Positions 61,075 through 64,000 of a stretch of DNA of 64,000 bases are shown in pieces. Numbering within the stretch: position 1 is the first letter of the stretch; every line of letters begins with the position of its first letter. This DNA comes from Bacilli bacterium. Lineage in GTDB: Bacteria; Bacillota_I; Bacilli_A; RF39; UBA660. The stretch is taken from NCBI GenBank assembly GCA_017409025.1, contig JAFQTN010000002.1:112185-176184 (forward strand), read 5' to 3'. The notes under the pieces were generated by a model, which saw nothing but the letters and a program-made list of their open reading frames with translations, was not told the DNA's origin and did no database searches. Position numbers and translations under genes: made by a program.

Positions 61075-61975
61075 TCAATGTTCCACGTGGAACATTGACT
61101 TATAAAACTAATTATCACACTTTTATACTAGTTTTATTTAGATATTTTTATATTAACCATTTATATAAAAATTACACATTAAACTCATAGCTATTTCAAT
61201 GTTCCACGTGGAACATTGAAATGCATAACGAAACATATCACCAAATTTTATTATATTAAATATTGTATATTTTTTATATAGTTACTCTGCTCGTTTATAA
61301 ATTAAAACAAACTCTTATGAATGTTCCACGTGGAACATTCATAAAATCAAGCAACATACGTATTTAAATAATAAATAACGCTGCACAATTGTTACTCATC
61401 AAAACAACATAAATTTATTTGCAATATTCCACATGAAATATTACATTTTTTTATATAATAATTTTTTATACTAAATATAATTGTTACAAAAAAGTCTAGT
61501 ATATTTAACAACTAGAATCTAATAACCACACATCATATATTTTTTATGTTCCACGTGGAACATAAAAAAAGTGCACACAGTAATTAATAGTTAAAGCTGC
61601 TATCTTCCGATCCTGACTTGATTCCTATATTACTGTTGCACAAACAAATTATATAATAATATTAAATTTATTTCAAGTATTTTATTATAAAATACAATAT
61701 ATCTACAATGTTCCACGTGGAACATTGTACTATATAACAAATCACTACATTATTCCACATTGATTATATAATAATATTATTTAATTCAAATCATTTATTA
61801 AAAACATGAATTTTAAATTTACACCTATTCTAATGTTCCACGTGGAACATTAGAATATCACAAAACATTAATCTACAAATTTTATTATATAAAAATATAT
61901 ATTATTATTTTGTAACATATATAATTAACTATAAAAAACAAAGATATACAATTATCAATGTTCCACGTGGAACAT
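61075..61975. repeat. Array of seven identical parS-type palindromes TGTTCCACGTGGAACA within a degenerate ~122-125-bp tandem repeat
   Basis: Cores at 61079, 61200, 61322, 61547, 61709, 61834 and 61959 (16 nt each). Degenerate copy TATTCCACATGAAATA at 61425..61440. Spacers share motifs such as attatataataatatta. Confidence 0.9.
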
Positions 61976-62007
61976 CGTTATAGTTAAAAAAATGTAGTCA
62001 AAAAATT

Positions 62008-62066
62008 ACAGAAATTAAAAATCTGTAATAGAAATATGCACAGACCGTAAAAATTAGATTATTTCC
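62008..62066. repeat. Right arm of inverted repeat bracketing the parS array
   Basis: Reverse complement matches 60990..61048 at 57/59 positions. Confidence 0.9.
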
Positions 62067-62110
62067 TATTTCTACACATACAAAAGAACGAAGATATTTC
62101 TTATAACTTT

Positions 62111-62124
62111 ATTTTCCAGGAAAT
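62111..62124. promoter_or_regulatory. NBS-like palindrome ATTTTCCAGGAAAT (12/14 to NBS consensus) inside 10-bp perfect arms aactttattt/aaataaagtt
   Basis: Read directly at 62105..62130. Confidence 0.35.
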
Positions 62125-62203
62125 AAAGTTAACTTATAGCTAACAATAAACAAAATATTAAGGTATTTATATCGACAGATAAAAAACTGTAATAGATTTT
62201 GTG

Positions 62204-62261
62204 CAGAAATTAAAAATCTGTAACATAGTTATACAGTCACTGCAAAATTCAGATTATTTTC
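62204..62261. repeat. Third, diverged copy of the bracket repeat (same orientation as 62008..62066)
   Basis: cagaaattaaaaatctgtaa...agattattttc aligns with 62009..62066 at roughly three quarters identity. A partial extra copy precedes it at 62176..62203. Confidence 0.6.
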
Positions 62262-62325
62262 TATATCATAATAACAATATTGCTATATCAACAACCAATT
62301 TTATTATTATTACTCTATCCAAATT

Positions 62326-62339
62326 ATTTCCTGGGAAAT
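62326..62339. promoter_or_regulatory. NBS-like palindrome ATTTCCTGGGAAAT (reverse complement of the 60934 site) within the 11-2-11 palindrome aaattatttcc-tg-ggaaataattt
   Basis: Read directly at 62321..62344. Confidence 0.45.
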
Positions 62340-62486
62340 AATTTGGATTTGCTTTAATTTTGTTCTATCAACAGGAAACACAAAAAATATATAAAAATTA
62401 ATAATATTAACTAAATAATTATAACTTAATAAAAAGATTAATTTATAAAATTAAAAATGCTATATCAACAGGTTCTAGAAAAATGT

Positions 62487-62514
62487 ATAAAAAAAAAGAC
62501 TATTCACTAGTCTT
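62487..62514 (-). terminator. Intrinsic terminator of gyrA, overlapping its stop codon
   Basis: Minus strand AAGACUA-GUGAA-UAGUCUU followed by U9. The TAG stop (62500..62502) lies in the 3' arm. Confidence 0.65.
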
Positions 62515-64000
62515 TTCTTCATTTTTTTCTACATTATCTGCTGTTATTTCACCATCACTAGTAGTATTCACATTATTAGATTCATCATTTTCAGTATCTA
62601 CAATAGATATAGAACTTACTTTTTGACCTTCTCTTAAATTAATAAGTTTAACACCTTGAGTAACTCTACTCATTTCAGATATCTTATCAACAGCCAATCT
62701 AATAATTATACCCTCATTTGTAATAATAATTAAATCTTTCGTATTATCTACAGTCTTAAATGATGTAATTGATCCATTCTTATCAGTAATATTTAAAGTT
62801 TTAACACCTTTTCCACCACGATTTGTAATTCTGTATTCTTCAATTGGTGTTTTCTTACCATAACCATTTTCCGTTACAACAAGAACATGTTCACCTTCTT
62901 TAGCTATTTCCATACCAACAAGATTACTATCATCTAAATTAATACCTCTAACACCAGCTGCACCTCTTCCCATAACTCTTACTAATCCTTCTGGGAATCT
63001 AACCATTCTACCATTTGATGCAGCCATTAATATATCAGCCTCACCGTTCGTATTCTTAACAGATATTAATTCATCATCTTCTCTTAAAGTAATAAATTTC
63101 TTACCATTTGCTCTAATATTATAGAATTCAGATACATCAGTTCTCTTAATTAATCCACTTCTTGTTGCAAATACTAAATATTTACTATCTCCATTAGGTG
63201 ATCCATTAAGTAAGGATGTTACACTCTCACCTTGTTCCATATTTAATAAGTTAATAATTGGTAAACCTTTAGATTGTCTACTATATTCAGGGATTTCATA
63301 ACCTTTAACACGATATACTTTTCCTTTATTTGTAAAGAATAATACATAATCATGCGTAGAACAATTTAACATTTGCTCAACAAAATCCTCTTCATTAATA
63401 GACATTCCTTTAATACCAACACCACCTCTATTTTGAGTTTTGTATGTATCAACAGGTAATCTCTTAATATAACCTTTTTTAGTTAAAGTTATAACTATTT
63501 TTTCTTCTGGAATTAAACTTTCGTCTTCTATATAATCAACAGCTGTCATATCAATATGAGTTCTTCTTTCATCACCAAATCTATTTTTTATCTCAGTTAA
63601 TTCTTCTTTAATTATATCTAAAACCATTTGTTCTGAACCTAAAATAGCTTTTAATCTATCTATCTCTATCAACAGGTTCTTCAATTCTTCTTCAATTTTA
63701 TCTCTTTCTAATCCAGTTAAACGACGTAATTTAAGTTCTAATATAGCATCAGTTTGAACTTCAGTTAAATTAAATCTGCTCATTAATTTTTCTTTAGCCT
63801 CAATATCAGTCTTAGCAGTCTTAATTATTTGAATAACTTCATCTATATTATCTTGGGCTATCTTATAACCTTCTAAAATATGTACTCTACGTTCATTTTT
63901 TTCTAAATCAAATCTAGTTCTTCTAATAATAACTTCTTTTTGATGATCAATATACTTAGAAATAATATCTTTAAGTGGTAAAGTCTTAGGTGTCATACCA
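62500..64000 (-). CDS. gyrA: DNA gyrase subunit A, C-terminal part (5' end beyond window)
   Basis: Tower/coiled-coil and beta-pinwheel CTD repeats (GGKGV, RGAAGVRGI, QNRGGVGIKG GyrA-box-like). Frame open to nt 64000. Acidic tail. Confidence 0.95.
   Translation of the reverse strand, partial: GMTPKTLPLKDIISKYIDHQKEVIIRRTRFDLEKNERRVHILEGYKIAQDNIDEVIQIIKTAKTDIEAKEKLMSRFNLTEVQTDAILELKLRRLTGLERDKIEEELKNLLIEIDRLKAILGSEQMVLDIIKEELTEIKNRFGDERRTHIDMTAVDYIEDESLIPEEKIVITLTKKGYIKRLPVDTYKTQNRGGVGIKGMSINEEDFVEQMLNCSTHDYVLFFTNKGKVYRVKGYEIPEYSRQSKGLPIINLLNMEQGESVTSLLNGSPNGDSKYLVFATRSGLIKRTDVSEFYNIRANGKKFITLREDDELISVKNTNGEADILMAASNGRMVRFPEGLVRVMGRGAAGVRGINLDDSNLVGMEIAKEGEHVLVVTENGYGKKTPIEEYRITNRGGKGVKTLNITDKNGSITSFKTVDNTKDLIIITNEGIIIRLAVDKISEMSRVTQGVKLINLREGQKVSSISIVDTENDESNNVNTTSDGEITADNVEKNEEKTSE

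Noticed and set aside
61075-61975. Possible CRISPR array (regularly spaced identical repeats).
   Set aside because: The repeats are 16-32-bp perfect palindromes, not 28-37-nt CRISPR repeats. The spacers are ~100 bp and partly homologous to one another (tandem-repeat units). No cas genes or leader are present. The core matches the parS consensus.
60818-62499. Possible oriC / DnaA-box cluster or rRNA operon in the long non-coding tract after gyrA (B. subtilis has an rrn operon there).
   Set aside because: I found no exact TTATCCACA/TGTGGATAA boxes, only near-misses (ataaccaca at ~61523, ttattccaca at ~61752). Nothing resembles 16S/23S/5S or tRNA sequence. The tract is ~80% AT apart from the palindromes.

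Overview
AT-rich, origin-proximal chromosomal segment of an endospore-lineage Bacillota genome. The backbone resembles the Bacillus subtilis gyrA / dnaX-ybaB-recR-bofA / holB-yaaT-rsmI / metG-tatD-rsmA-yabG-veg-spoVG / pth-mfd-spoVT / yabPQ-divIC / tilS-ftsH and secE-nusG-rplKAJL-rpoBC regions. Nearly all genes are on the minus strand, so the origin probably lies to the right of the window. The standard genetic code is used (TGA serves as a stop, e.g. at 16001..16003). I found no rRNA, tRNA, CRISPR array, integrase or transposase. Two features stand out. (1) A ~14-kb type VIIb-secretion-like locus lies between rplL and rpoB, splitting the normally contiguous rplJL-rpoBC string. It encodes YukD/EsaB-like, EssC, a 205-aa tandem-WXG protein, a small helical protein, a 2074-aa protein with an LXG-like N-terminus, glycine-zipper hydrophobic core and internal HD-phosphohydrolase motifs, and three translationally coupled small genes including an MBL-fold hydrolase. 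(2) A 1.7-kb gene-free tract between gyrA and tadA carries seven identical, perfectly palindromic parS-type sites (TGTTCCACGTGGAACA) spaced about 122-125 bp apart. Each site sits in a longer palindrome with copy-specific arms. The array is bracketed by ~105-bp inverted repeats and by three palindromes one base away from the Noc-binding-site consensus. Smaller accessory modules are an AbiEi/AbiEii pair with a SWIM zinc-finger gene, a yefM-yoeB cassette with a consensus promoter/operator, a kinase-fold plus unknown gene pair, and an XRE regulator with a 35-bp perfect palindrome. All functional calls rest on motif recognition by eye in the supplied translations; no database search was run.
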